From positions 628,166 through 692,165 of the forward strand of contig CP070803.1 in NCBI GenBank assembly GCA_020343615.1: a stretch of DNA of 64,000 nt, in the 5' to 3' direction. A program made the position numbers and the translations under genes. How positions within the stretch are numbered: position 1 is the first letter of the stretch; every line of letters begins with the position of its first letter. The notes beneath the pieces are model-generated. The model saw nothing but the letters and a program-made list of their open reading frames with translations, made no database searches and was not told where the DNA came from. This document shows, in pieces, positions 28,761 through 38,038 of this stretch. The stretch is from Candidatus Woesearchaeota archaeon. GTDB taxonomy: Archaea > Nanobdellota > Nanobdellia > UBA10117 > GCA-020343615.

Positions 28761-28880
28761 CCTTCTTTTAATTCTAAATAAATATTCAAGAACTCTGAAT
28801 TATTATTCAGGATTCAATAAATATTCAAAGCTTTCTTAAAAGAAAGTATTTTAAACGAACCACTACAAAGTAAAATAACT

Positions 28881-30173
28881 ATGAGAACCCTATCGCTAAT
28901 TGGATCTGGATATGCAGGAATTGCAACGGCAATAAGTTTTATTGAAAATGGATATAATACTATATGTGTTGATATTGATGAAAAGAAGGTAGAGTCAATA
29001 AATAAGGGAATAAATCCATTTTATGATCCAGGAATTAATGAGCGAGTAGAAAAATATGCGAAGAACAAGAAGTTACGAGCAACTACTGATTTAAAAGAAG
29101 CAATTCTTAATTCAGATGCATCTTTTATTTGTGTAGGAACACCATCTAAGGAAGACGGTGGTATTGATTTAAAGTATATTAAAGAAGCATCAAAGAGTAT
29201 AGGTAAAGTTCTAAGATACAATAAAAAATATCATGTCGTTGCTGTAAAAAGCACAGTAATTCCAGGAACTACTAAAGATATAGTTTTACCATTATTAGAA
29301 AAATATTCTAAGAAAAAAGCAGGTAAATCTTACGGAGTATGTATGAATCCAGAATTTCTAAGAGAAGGTAATGCATATTACGACTCTATTAACCCAGATA
29401 AAATAGTTATAGGTCAATTAGATAAAAAAAGCGGGGATGTATTAAGAAAAATATATTCTAATTTTGAAAGCGTAAAAAAGAACCCGGAAATACTAATAAC
29501 TACGGATTTAACCACAGCAGAAATGATAAAATATGCTAATAATGCCTTGTTAGCTACTAAGATTTCTTTCTCAAATGAAATAGGGAATTTATGTAAAAAA
29601 TTCGGGATAGATACTTATGAAGTTATGAAAATGGTTGGCATGGATAATAGACTTTCACCAAAGTTTTTAGCGTCAGGAATAGGTTTTGGAGGAAGCTGTT
29701 TTCCTAAAGACCTAGAAGCCCTTAGAGCCATATATGCTGATTTAAATGAGGATTCAGATATACTTGATGCGGTACTTGAAGTAAATAGAAAACAACCACA
29801 TAAAGCAGTAGATTTAGTTAATAAATATGATCCTGAAGTTGTAGCTGTTTTAGGATTATCATTTAAGCCAGACACAGACGATGTGAGAAAAACAAGGGTA
29901 GCTGCAATAATTGATAGATTATTAGACGAAGGAAAAGAAGTAGTAGCATGGGATCCTTTCGCGATAGAGACATTCAAAAAAGATTACCCAGAATTAGCAT
30001 ATAAAATAATATTAGAAAATAATTTAAAGAGAGCTGTAAAAAATGTAGATGCTATTATAATTGCTACAGAGCACTCAGAACTTAAGAACTTTAAATTCCC
30101 AGACATTCCAATAATCGAAGGAAGAAGAGTTTTTAAAAATAAAAAACCGAACGTAGAGGGAATATGTTGGTAG
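28881..30173 (+). CDS. ugd: UDP-glucose/nucleotide-sugar 6-dehydrogenase
   Basis: N-terminal GSGYAG Rossmann motif, catalytic GFGGSCFPKD, 430 aa. Confidence 0.88.
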   Translation: MRTLSLIGSGYAGIATAISFIENGYNTICVDIDEKKVESINKGINPFYDPGINERVEKYAKNKKLRATTDLKEAILNSDASFICVGTPSKEDGGIDLKYIKEASKSIGKVLRYNKKYHVVAVKSTVIPGTTKDIVLPLLEKYSKKKAGKSYGVCMNPEFLREGNAYYDSINPDKIVIGQLDKKSGDVLRKIYSNFESVKKNPEILITTDLTTAEMIKYANNALLATKISFSNEIGNLCKKFGIDTYEVMKMVGMDNRLSPKFLASGIGFGGSCFPKDLEALRAIYADLNEDSDILDAVLEVNRKQPHKAVDLVNKYDPEVVAVLGLSFKPDTDDVRKTRVAAIIDRLLDEGKEVVAWDPFAIETFKKDYPELAYKIILENNLKRAVKNVDAIIIATEHSELKNFKFPDIPIIEGRRVFKNKKPNVEGICW

Positions 30174-31021
30174 ACAAGAAAAAAGAAATTAAAGTTGAGA
30201 AGGCAGTTCTTCCAGTTGCAGGGCTAGCTAAAAGATGGGGAGAGATAACACAATACATTCCTAAAGAATTAATCCCTATTGTTAGAAGAGATACTGCTAA
30301 CATAAAACCAGCAATACAATATGTTGTTGAAGAAGTAATAGATTCTGGGGTCAAGGAATTAATTTTCATAATGGACTTTAAGAAAAAGGCACTCGTTGAT
30401 TGGATTAATAATCCTCCTCAAACTATAAAGGACAAAATAACCACAAAACCATACCCAGTTGTTTTCAAAATGGTTGAACAAGATAGACCAAGAGGTTTAG
30501 GTCATGCTATAGGATGCGCTAGATCAGAAATAGGAAATGAGTTTTTCATGGTCGCACTTCCGGATGATATAGTTATATATGGAGTTCCTCCAGCTAAGAG
30601 AATGGTAGATGTATGTAAAAAATATAATGCTAGTGTTTTATTATCTCATACTGTTCCTAAAACAGAATTACCTTTTTACGGAGTATTGTTCTCTACACCA
30701 GTTGAAAAGAATGTAGATGAAGTTCACGAAATGATTGAAAAACCAAGTGCAGTTTTAATTGAAGATATGCAAAAGAAAAGAGAACACAATATGACGACTA
30801 TTAGTGGTAGGTATATTCTAAAGGCTCCAGAAATTTTCAAAGAAATTGATAATACTAAACCAGGAGCTAGGAATGAAATACAAATAACAGACGCAATATT
30901 TAACTTAAAGAAAAAAGGGCACAAGGTCTATTCCTTACTTGATGAAGGGTTCAGAATAGATACCGGTGCACCACACAGATACTTACAAGCAACTCACTTC
31001 TTCTACTCTGCAGATAGTTAA
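30164..31021 (+). CDS. galU: UTP-glucose-1-phosphate uridylyltransferase-like nucleotidyltransferase
   Basis: KAVLPVAGLAKRWGEITQYIPKELIPIV...IQYVVEEVIDSGVKELIFI follows the GalU N-terminal pattern. Overlaps the ugd stop by 10 nt. Confidence 0.75.
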   Translation: MLVDKKKEIKVEKAVLPVAGLAKRWGEITQYIPKELIPIVRRDTANIKPAIQYVVEEVIDSGVKELIFIMDFKKKALVDWINNPPQTIKDKITTKPYPVVFKMVEQDRPRGLGHAIGCARSEIGNEFFMVALPDDIVIYGVPPAKRMVDVCKKYNASVLLSHTVPKTELPFYGVLFSTPVEKNVDEVHEMIEKPSAVLIEDMQKKREHNMTTISGRYILKAPEIFKEIDNTKPGARNEIQITDAIFNLKKKGHKVYSLLDEGFRIDTGAPHRYLQATHFFYSADS

Positions 31022-31040
31022 TTAAATATAAGTAAGAAAA

Positions 31041-31967
31041 ATGGCAAAAATAGGTATTGAAAATATTGATGAAATCAAAGTTAATGTAATTCCATTAGAA
31101 AGAACTTATGATTCTGTAGGCGATCTAAAAATTAATAGCGCAGTTAAGCGAATGTATATAACTAAAGGTTATCCTTCTGCTCCTAAATCTAGAGAAGAAG
31201 CAGATAAGCGAGGTGAAATACACTTCAACGGTTTGATGAGTTCTTTTACTAAAATCAAAGTTTATGAAGATTCAGATACTAAATTAGTATCAGTAGATAT
31301 CGTTCCCACACGTTATTTAATCGGTCAAGCAATGAGAGACTATATGAAAAAATTTTCTGATCAACTTCACACAAATAAAATATTAAGCTTAAGTCCAAAC
31401 ATGGCTAATGTATCCCTTATAGCACCTATAGAAAAGAATGACGGGTATTATCTTTTAAGCCAAATTAAGGGCAAGGCATTAGGTTCGGGTCAGATTCATA
31501 CTGGAATAGTTGCTGTAAATATAGCTGCTAAATATCTAGCTGATCCAGATCCATTAACTGGAGCAATAAGGGGAGGATGTTCTAGTGAATTAGGAATGAA
31601 GCTAGATCAATTAGATCCTACTTCAACTACATTTATGGTTGATGAAAGAGAAACCGGGCAGGTAAATTTTGCGAGCGTACTCAAGAACGCTGATTTTGGC
31701 GATATATACTCTTCCTATGAATCAAGTGTAAAAGATAAATCCCTTGAAGATTTAGAAGTAATGGGTATTGCGCTTTTACCAACGAAAAATATCAATCAAT
31801 TTATACGAGAAGGTATCGCGAGAGATGTTACATGTTTTATTCCAACTGAAAATGGTCTTGAAGAAAAAAAACAAGATCGACAATTAAGACCATATACTGT
31901 TGCAACTTTAAAGTACATTAAACGTCCAAAAAACCTTGAATTCTTAATTAAAAAAGCAGGATTCTAA
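31041..31967 (+). CDS. hypothetical protein, possibly a degenerate Nudix-like fold related to the convergent 372-aa ORF
   Basis: 308 aa. Its layout (F-NG...TRY...GSGQIHTG...GGCSSELGM) roughly parallels that of ORF 31978..33096; weak. Confidence 0.3.
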   Translation: MAKIGIENIDEIKVNVIPLERTYDSVGDLKINSAVKRMYITKGYPSAPKSREEADKRGEIHFNGLMSSFTKIKVYEDSDTKLVSVDIVPTRYLIGQAMRDYMKKFSDQLHTNKILSLSPNMANVSLIAPIEKNDGYYLLSQIKGKALGSGQIHTGIVAVNIAAKYLADPDPLTGAIRGGCSSELGMKLDQLDPTSTTFMVDERETGQVNFASVLKNADFGDIYSSYESSVKDKSLEDLEVMGIALLPTKNINQFIREGIARDVTCFIPTENGLEEKKQDRQLRPYTVATLKYIKRPKNLEFLIKKAGF

Positions 31968-31977
31968 TAGTGATTAA

Positions 31978-33096
31978 TTAAAGATGACTGATTTGTAGAG
32001 GGTACCTGTGTTTTTTTACCTGTTTTATATGTTCAGTATACCAATAATTGCCTATTTGATTTATTTTTAAATGATCTTTATGCTTTTTTAATTGTTCTTT
32101 AAAAAAAGAATCTCCAAATAAATATCTCCCAGCCCAGGGAAGCATAAACCCAGCTTTTCCTGTTGTTTTAATATTTCGTATCTCTTCAACCTTTTTAGTA
32201 TTAAGGTCTCTCATTTTTAGACCTCTTATTTCTTTAAAAACGTGATCTTCTAAAGGGATATTACCATGATCAATATCTGATGATATAAAAGCATCCCATA
32301 TTTCCTTATCTTTAGGAATAAAAACGTAAGGTCCGTCATGTTCCCAAGAATCTTTAGCCAGTTTCTTTCTTTTTATTATTTCATCAATAGTAATATTTGA
32401 TTTTATAATAGACATTACTGCAGAGTTCTGATGCGATCCCTTAAAGGTATCTTTAACAAAACCCAAAACCCTAGCTTTATCTATTTCCCCCTTTTCAGCA
32501 TTTACTCCTGTTTCTTCTTTCATCTCTGCGAATAGTATTTGTTCTAATTTATGGTTGTATCTTTGGTTTTTATTCATAAATGTGTCCCGGTTCCTATTAA
32601 GGTAGCCTGCTCCAGGAAAACTAAGATAACCAGCTCCAACAGCTAAGGTTTTCTTCCCTTTTTTACCCATTACCACATGATCTTCAACAATTAGAGCAGT
32701 AAATACAGATAAAGGGTCTATAGTCCTTCCTAAAAGATTAACATCTTGCTTAGTTAAACCATAATCTTTAGGGTTTTTTACACCATTCAGAAAGTCTTTT
32801 GTTGAATGATAATCTATAAATCTAATCGGCCCTAATGTAATAAGAGCAGTTTGATATTTTGATACAGGATCAAGCACTTCTAGAAGATTAAAAGAAGGTT
32901 TGTCGAAAAGTTCTCTTTTAGGCTTTTGAGCATTAGCATATGCTACTGATTCATCCCATGCTTTTTTTATACCTCTATTGATTCTTTCAGTAAATTCAAG
33001 AGTTCTATCAGGAGTTTCTTGATAATCCAAGAGAAAACGGGATAAATTAGCTCCGTTAGGCCCAAAATCATTATACACACTAATAGTTCTTACCAT
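31978..33096 (-). CDS. divergent Nudix-superfamily protein with N- and C-terminal extensions
   Basis: FPGAGYL...LEQILFAEMKEETGV. AEMKEETGV matches REUXEEXGU except for R to A, and there is an insertion between the Gly and the helix. Confidence 0.45.
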   Translation of the reverse strand: MVRTISVYNDFGPNGANLSRFLLDYQETPDRTLEFTERINRGIKKAWDESVAYANAQKPKRELFDKPSFNLLEVLDPVSKYQTALITLGPIRFIDYHSTKDFLNGVKNPKDYGLTKQDVNLLGRTIDPLSVFTALIVEDHVVMGKKGKKTLAVGAGYLSFPGAGYLNRNRDTFMNKNQRYNHKLEQILFAEMKEETGVNAEKGEIDKARVLGFVKDTFKGSHQNSAVMSIIKSNITIDEIIKRKKLAKDSWEHDGPYVFIPKDKEIWDAFISSDIDHGNIPLEDHVFKEIRGLKMRDLNTKKVEEIRNIKTTGKAGFMLPWAGRYLFGDSFFKEQLKKHKDHLKINQIGNYWYTEHIKQVKKHRYPLQISHL

Positions 33097-33138
33097 TTTA
33101 ATTATCCATCCTATTTGAGTAACATTTTATAAATTTTT

Positions 33139-34218
33139 TTATTCATACTTAAATATGTCCTTCCATTCTTTTACTTTCTCAGGTAATCTAGGAATAACTT
33201 TAGTCCTAAGAACATTATAAATTTTATTGCTAGCTTCTCCCTCTGGAGCGATAAAATAAGAGCCAGTTTCTTCCTTTAATAAATTACAATTAAGAGTATT
33301 GCCCTCAAAATCCCAAACATTCATTCCAGCAACTTTAGATGCAAAGAATGCGGGAGGAGCAAAATCATGAGCATAAGAACCTCTTTTCATTTTTATATTA
33401 TGTTTTTGTAACTCTTTTTTAACAATGTCTCTTATATCAAAAGAGATACTTCTTGTTGTAGTTGCTTGAAGAATTTCATTAGTAGTAGAACCCGTTGCTC
33501 TGTATCCTAAACTGTAATTCTCAGGTATTTTCAGTTCTTTAAGAATTTCTTGAATAGCAAATGTAGATATTAATTCAGCATGCAAGTAATGAGCAGCAGG
33601 GTATAGTTTTGTAGTTAAAGTTATTTCGTTTAAAGGAGCTAGTGAAACTAAAGAAGCCATTTCTCCCGCTTTTTCAGCAAAAGCATATTTTTTATCAGCA
33701 AAAAACTGATAACCATCCCATCTCTGAATAGCACAACATTCAGCATCTTGCAAATTAGGTTTATCTAAATAAAATGCAATAACAGTGCTAAATAATTTAT
33801 CAGTATCTCCAAGAATGATAGGTTTATTATAACCACTACGCACAGTAGGAACATCAGATTTACTTCCATCTATAGGATCGCAAAGTAAACAGATATATGG
33901 TTTTAATTTTGAAAGATCATCAACTTCAACGAATGTTTCCTCACCGTTCTCGAAATAATGCCATTTTTCTTTCTCAAAGTAAATAGCAACTTTAGATTTT
34001 TTATTCCTTTTGCTTTCATTTAGGAGGAAAGTCCTTATAGCGTCTTCAGCATCTTTTTCAAACTGAGAGATAGGATGATGCGTAGCACCTCTAACGTCAA
34101 TATGATCAAATTCCTTTTTAAGTAAGTCTTCTCTTTTACTAGTTACACTATTAAATGCAACTCTAGTAATACCCCGACACAACTTCAATGGATCTAGCTT
34201 CATCTCTAATGTCCCCAT
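33139..34218 (-). CDS. inositol-monophosphatase/FBPase/CysQ-superfamily phosphatase
   Basis: CDPIDGSKS (DPIDGT-type metal motif) and AHDFAPPAFFASKVAG (WDxAAG-like C-terminal motif). Confidence 0.6.
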   Translation of the reverse strand: MGTLEMKLDPLKLCRGITRVAFNSVTSKREDLLKKEFDHIDVRGATHHPISQFEKDAEDAIRTFLLNESKRNKKSKVAIYFEKEKWHYFENGEETFVEVDDLSKLKPYICLLCDPIDGSKSDVPTVRSGYNKPIILGDTDKLFSTVIAFYLDKPNLQDAECCAIQRWDGYQFFADKKYAFAEKAGEMASLVSLAPLNEITLTTKLYPAAHYLHAELISTFAIQEILKELKIPENYSLGYRATGSTTNEILQATTTRSISFDIRDIVKKELQKHNIKMKRGSYAHDFAPPAFFASKVAGMNVWDFEGNTLNCNLLKEETGSYFIAPEGEASNKIYNVLRTKVIPRLPEKVKEWKDIFKYE

Positions 34219-34298
34219 GGAATTACTTTTAGGTAAATAATTTATAAAGTTTGCTATTTTTATAAAAGTTTATAAAGGAACTCTACTGTTTAGTGATT

Positions 34299-35162
34299 AT
34301 GGTATGGTTCATATTTGCTCTACTGACAGCGCTATTTGCGTCATTGAAGGACTTGTTTAGTAAGAAAGGACTAGATAAAATAGATGAGTACGTTCTTGCC
34401 TTTTCACTTAGAACATTCGCACTATTGTTTACACTTCCTCTTCTATTTTTCATAGAGATCCCTAAATTAGGAAGTCAATTCTGGATTGCTTTGGTTGTCG
34501 GTGGAAGTTTAAATATTGTTACAACTATCCTCTATCTGAAAGCACTTAAAGCTTCAGATATGTCAATAAGCGTACCAATGATTACTTTTACTCCTCTATT
34601 CCTATTGATAATGTCCCCGATACTTGTTGGAGAATTTCCTTCGTTTTTTGGAATTATAGGTATATTATTTATAGTCTTCGGAGCGTATATCTTAAAAATT
34701 AGAGAGACGTCAGAAGGTTATCTTACACCATTTAAGGCCTTGCTAAAAGAAAAAGGACCACGTTACATGCTAATAGTAGCATTTATTTGGAGCATAACCT
34801 CTAATTTCGATAAAATAGGAATATTGAACTCTTCATCAAATTTTTGGAATATTTCAATACAATTTTTCATAGTGGTGTTTATGTTCCCTATTTTATTATT
34901 AAAATCCCCAGATAAAGCATATCAAGTTCCAAATAATCTACGCGCAATAGTTCCTCTAGGAATCTTTGTATGTTTAATGCGTATATTCCAAATGATAGCA
35001 ATTCGGTTATCACTAGTAGCTTATGTCATTTCTATTAAACGAACAAGTGCAGTTATGACTGTATTATTCGGATGTTTGATACTTAAAGAAAAAGGAATAA
35101 AAGAGAGATTAACTGGAGTAGTCCTTATGATTATTGGAGTATTGTTTATTCTTTTATTTTGA
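34299..35162 (+). CDS. EamA/DMT-family transporter (tandem paralog 1)
   Basis: 10-TM pattern. MVWFIFALLTALFASL and the C-terminal KEKGIKERLTGVVLMIIGV are shared with the next ORF. Confidence 0.75.
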   Translation: MVWFIFALLTALFASLKDLFSKKGLDKIDEYVLAFSLRTFALLFTLPLLFFIEIPKLGSQFWIALVVGGSLNIVTTILYLKALKASDMSISVPMITFTPLFLLIMSPILVGEFPSFFGIIGILFIVFGAYILKIRETSEGYLTPFKALLKEKGPRYMLIVAFIWSITSNFDKIGILNSSSNFWNISIQFFIVVFMFPILLLKSPDKAYQVPNNLRAIVPLGIFVCLMRIFQMIAIRLSLVAYVISIKRTSAVMTVLFGCLILKEKGIKERLTGVVLMIIGVLFILLF

Positions 35163-35203
35163 TGAAGATAATTTTATATAATTAAGATTAAGAATTATTA
35201 AGT

Positions 35204-36067
35204 ATGGTGTGGTTTATATTTGCTCTATTAACTGCTCTTTTTTCCTCACTTATGAATATTTTTGGTAAAAAAGGACTCAAAAAAGTAGATGAATACATTA
35301 TAGCATTTTCATGGAGATTTTTTTCATTACCTTTCCTATTTCTAATGCTGTTAGTATTAGGTTTCCCATTAGTCAAAAATCAATTTTGGCTAGCTTTAGT
35401 AATTGGAGGAACACTAAATCTTATAGCAACAATATTATATGTAAAGGCAATTAAATATTCAGATTTGTCTATAAGCGTTCCGATGCTTGCTTTTACTCCA
35501 GCATTCATTATCCTTTTCTCACCATTTATTATCAATGAGATTCCAACACTGGTAGGATTTGCCGGAGTATTCTTAATAATTGTTGGAACATATGTTCTAG
35601 AAATAAAAAAGCGGAAAAATATTCTTTATCCATTTAAAGCACTGTTTAAAGAAAGAGGAGCAGTATTAATGCTGTTTGTGGCTTTTATTTGGGCATTCGG
35701 TTCTATTGTAGATAAAATAGGAGTAATTAGTTCTTCTCCAGTATACTGGGTTGCGATAAAAGATGTTTATATTTCTTTATTTATTATACCAATAATGCTG
35801 ATTAAATCAAAAGAACATATACATAAGATACCTGAGAATTTAAAATTGTTAATACCTATTGGGCTTCTTAATGCTTTAATGCTATCTTCACAAATGACTG
35901 CAATAAGTATGGGAATCGTATCTTACGTTATGTCGATAAAAAGAATGAGCATATTATTTACCGTTTTGTTTGGATATTTTATATTTAAAGAAAAGGGAAT
36001 AAAAGAAAGATTACTAGGAGCTATAATCATGATAATAGGAGTTATATTAATAACTGTATTCAGTTAA
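35204..36067 (+). CDS. EamA/DMT-family transporter (tandem paralog 2)
   Basis: MVWFIFALLTALFSSL...KEKGIKERLLGAIIMIIGV; collinear similarity with 34299..35162. Confidence 0.75.
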   Translation: MVWFIFALLTALFSSLMNIFGKKGLKKVDEYIIAFSWRFFSLPFLFLMLLVLGFPLVKNQFWLALVIGGTLNLIATILYVKAIKYSDLSISVPMLAFTPAFIILFSPFIINEIPTLVGFAGVFLIIVGTYVLEIKKRKNILYPFKALFKERGAVLMLFVAFIWAFGSIVDKIGVISSSPVYWVAIKDVYISLFIIPIMLIKSKEHIHKIPENLKLLIPIGLLNALMLSSQMTAISMGIVSYVMSIKRMSILFTVLFGYFIFKEKGIKERLLGAIIMIIGVILITVFS

Positions 36068-36968
36068 TTATTTCTTTTAAACCAGTATCTAATGAATATT
36101 TAGGTTCGAAGTTTAATTTTTCTTTTGATAAATCTATACCTGCCACTGACCTAATTATGTCGCCTTCCCTAGGTCTAGAGTATACTACTTTACTTTTAGA
36201 ATTTGTTAACTCAATTATTTTTTTAGCTAATTCATTAATTGAAAGTTCTTTACCTGATGCGATATTAATAATATCACCATTGAGTTTGGTGTTTATAGCC
36301 GATAAAAAAGCCTCACAAACATCTTTTATGTAAATAAAATCTCTGGTTTGCTCTCCATCACCATAGATAATTAAATCCTTTCCTTCTAGAGCTTTTTTTA
36401 TAAATATTGGTATAACAGCGGCGTAGGGAGAGGCAGGGTTCTGATTAGGACCATACACATTAAATAATCTTAAAGCAGCAGTTTCAATGTCCTTACTAAA
36501 CTCCTTTACTAATCTCTCTTTTTGTATTTTAGATTCAGCATAAGGAGACAATGGCATCAACTTACTATCTTCAGTTTTTGGTAATTCAGGGTCATCACCA
36601 TAAACTGCTGCAGAACTAGGGATAATAACCTTCTTAGCACCAATCTCCTTTGCAATTTCCAAAATATTTTTTGTTCCTTTAACGTTGATTTCAAAAGTTT
36701 CACATCTTTTTTTGACAGACTCAGGAACAGAAACAAAAGCAGCAAGATGAAAAATGTAATCAATATCCTTTAAGTTCTTTCTTAGACCTTCTATATCCCT
36801 GACATCCAGTTCTAATACTTCTATTTTATCCTTAATACGCTCAATATTTTCTCTGCTACCTGTAGAGAAATTATCGAGAATAACAACGTCAAGTCCTTTG
36901 TCTAGCAAGAACTCTGCTAAGTTTGAGCCGATAAAACCAGCTCCCCCTGTGATTAAAATTTTTGACAT
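36060..36968 (-). CDS. NAD-dependent nucleotide-sugar epimerase/dehydratase (GalE-like SDR)
   Basis: ITGGAGFIGSNL, YAESK (YxxxK), 302 aa. Confidence 0.8.
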   Translation of the reverse strand: MSKILITGGAGFIGSNLAEFLLDKGLDVVILDNFSTGSRENIERIKDKIEVLELDVRDIEGLRKNLKDIDYIFHLAAFVSVPESVKKRCETFEINVKGTKNILEIAKEIGAKKVIIPSSAAVYGDDPELPKTEDSKLMPLSPYAESKIQKERLVKEFSKDIETAALRLFNVYGPNQNPASPYAAVIPIFIKKALEGKDLIIYGDGEQTRDFIYIKDVCEAFLSAINTKLNGDIINIASGKELSINELAKKIIELTNSKSKVVYSRPREGDIIRSVAGIDLSKEKLNFEPKYSLDTGLKEIIN

Positions 36969-37936
36969 CAGTCGAATAAACCCTTTTTGTGAGATTTTTT
37001 ACACCACTCAATACAGGCTTTAGTTCCCTCTTTGAGAGGCATAGTTGGTTCAAATCCTAATTCTTTTTTAGCTTTTGATATATTCGCATGAGTATTTCTT
37101 ACATCTCCTTTAGGAGGAGGAATGTTTGTTATTTCAGTATCTATCAAATCTGAAATATTCTTAACCATATCATTTACACTTACTCTTCTACAAGAGCCTA
37201 AATTGTATAAATGGAATCCAGACTTCAACTTTTTAGCAGCAAGCAAATTACCTTTTACTATATCCCCAACGTAAGTAAAGTCTCTAGTTTGTTCACCATC
37301 CCCATAAATAGTAATTGGTTCTCCTTTTAATGAAGCTCTAATGAATTTAGTAAAAGCTTCATCAGGTCTCTGTCTAGGACCATACACAGTATAAAATCTT
37401 AAAGCAGTTATTTGAGTTCCATATATCTCTGAAAACATTTCACAAACTTCTTCAGCATTCTTTTTAGATAAAGCATAAGGACAAATAGGCGTTAACTTTC
37501 TATCTTCACTTACAGGCAAATCTTCTTCAGGAACATCCCCATAAACTGAAGATGAAGAAGCATATATGAATTTAGAATCCTTGAATTTTTTTAGTAGTCT
37601 AACAGTCCCCTCTACGTTTATTTGGAAGTAAGGTACTGGGTTTCTAATAGAGTTTCTAACTCCAGCTATTGCCGCTAGATGAAAAACAGTATCGATCTCA
37701 TTTGGAATTTTATCTATATCTTTATCATTTAGTATTGAACCCTCTATAAAATTAAAGGTACCATTATGCTCCTCAGCAGTTTTCTTAATTTCTTCAATAT
37801 TATCCCTTTTTATTATAGGACTATAATAAGGATGAAAATTATCAATTCCCCATACGTTATACCCTTCCTTTATTAGAGCTTCCGCTAGATGACTTCCTAT
37901 AAAACCAGCACAACCTGTGACTAAGACGTTTTTCAT
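36968..37936 (-). CDS. NAD-dependent nucleotide-sugar epimerase, UDP-glucuronate 4-epimerase-like
   Basis: VTGCAGFIGSHL, GIDNFHPYYSPIIKRDNI (typical of the UDP-GlcA 4-epimerase subgroup), YALSK. Confidence 0.7.
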   Translation of the reverse strand: MKNVLVTGCAGFIGSHLAEALIKEGYNVWGIDNFHPYYSPIIKRDNIEEIKKTAEEHNGTFNFIEGSILNDKDIDKIPNEIDTVFHLAAIAGVRNSIRNPVPYFQINVEGTVRLLKKFKDSKFIYASSSSVYGDVPEEDLPVSEDRKLTPICPYALSKKNAEEVCEMFSEIYGTQITALRFYTVYGPRQRPDEAFTKFIRASLKGEPITIYGDGEQTRDFTYVGDIVKGNLLAAKKLKSGFHLYNLGSCRRVSVNDMVKNISDLIDTEITNIPPPKGDVRNTHANISKAKKELGFEPTMPLKEGTKACIEWCKKSHKKGLFD

Positions 37937-38038
37937 ATGCTTTCTTTACCTTTTAGGAGGATATTTAAATATTTCTATAGAGGATTTAAATAATTCCATT
38001 TATAAAGTTTAAGTAAAATAAAATACTCACAATTTAAT

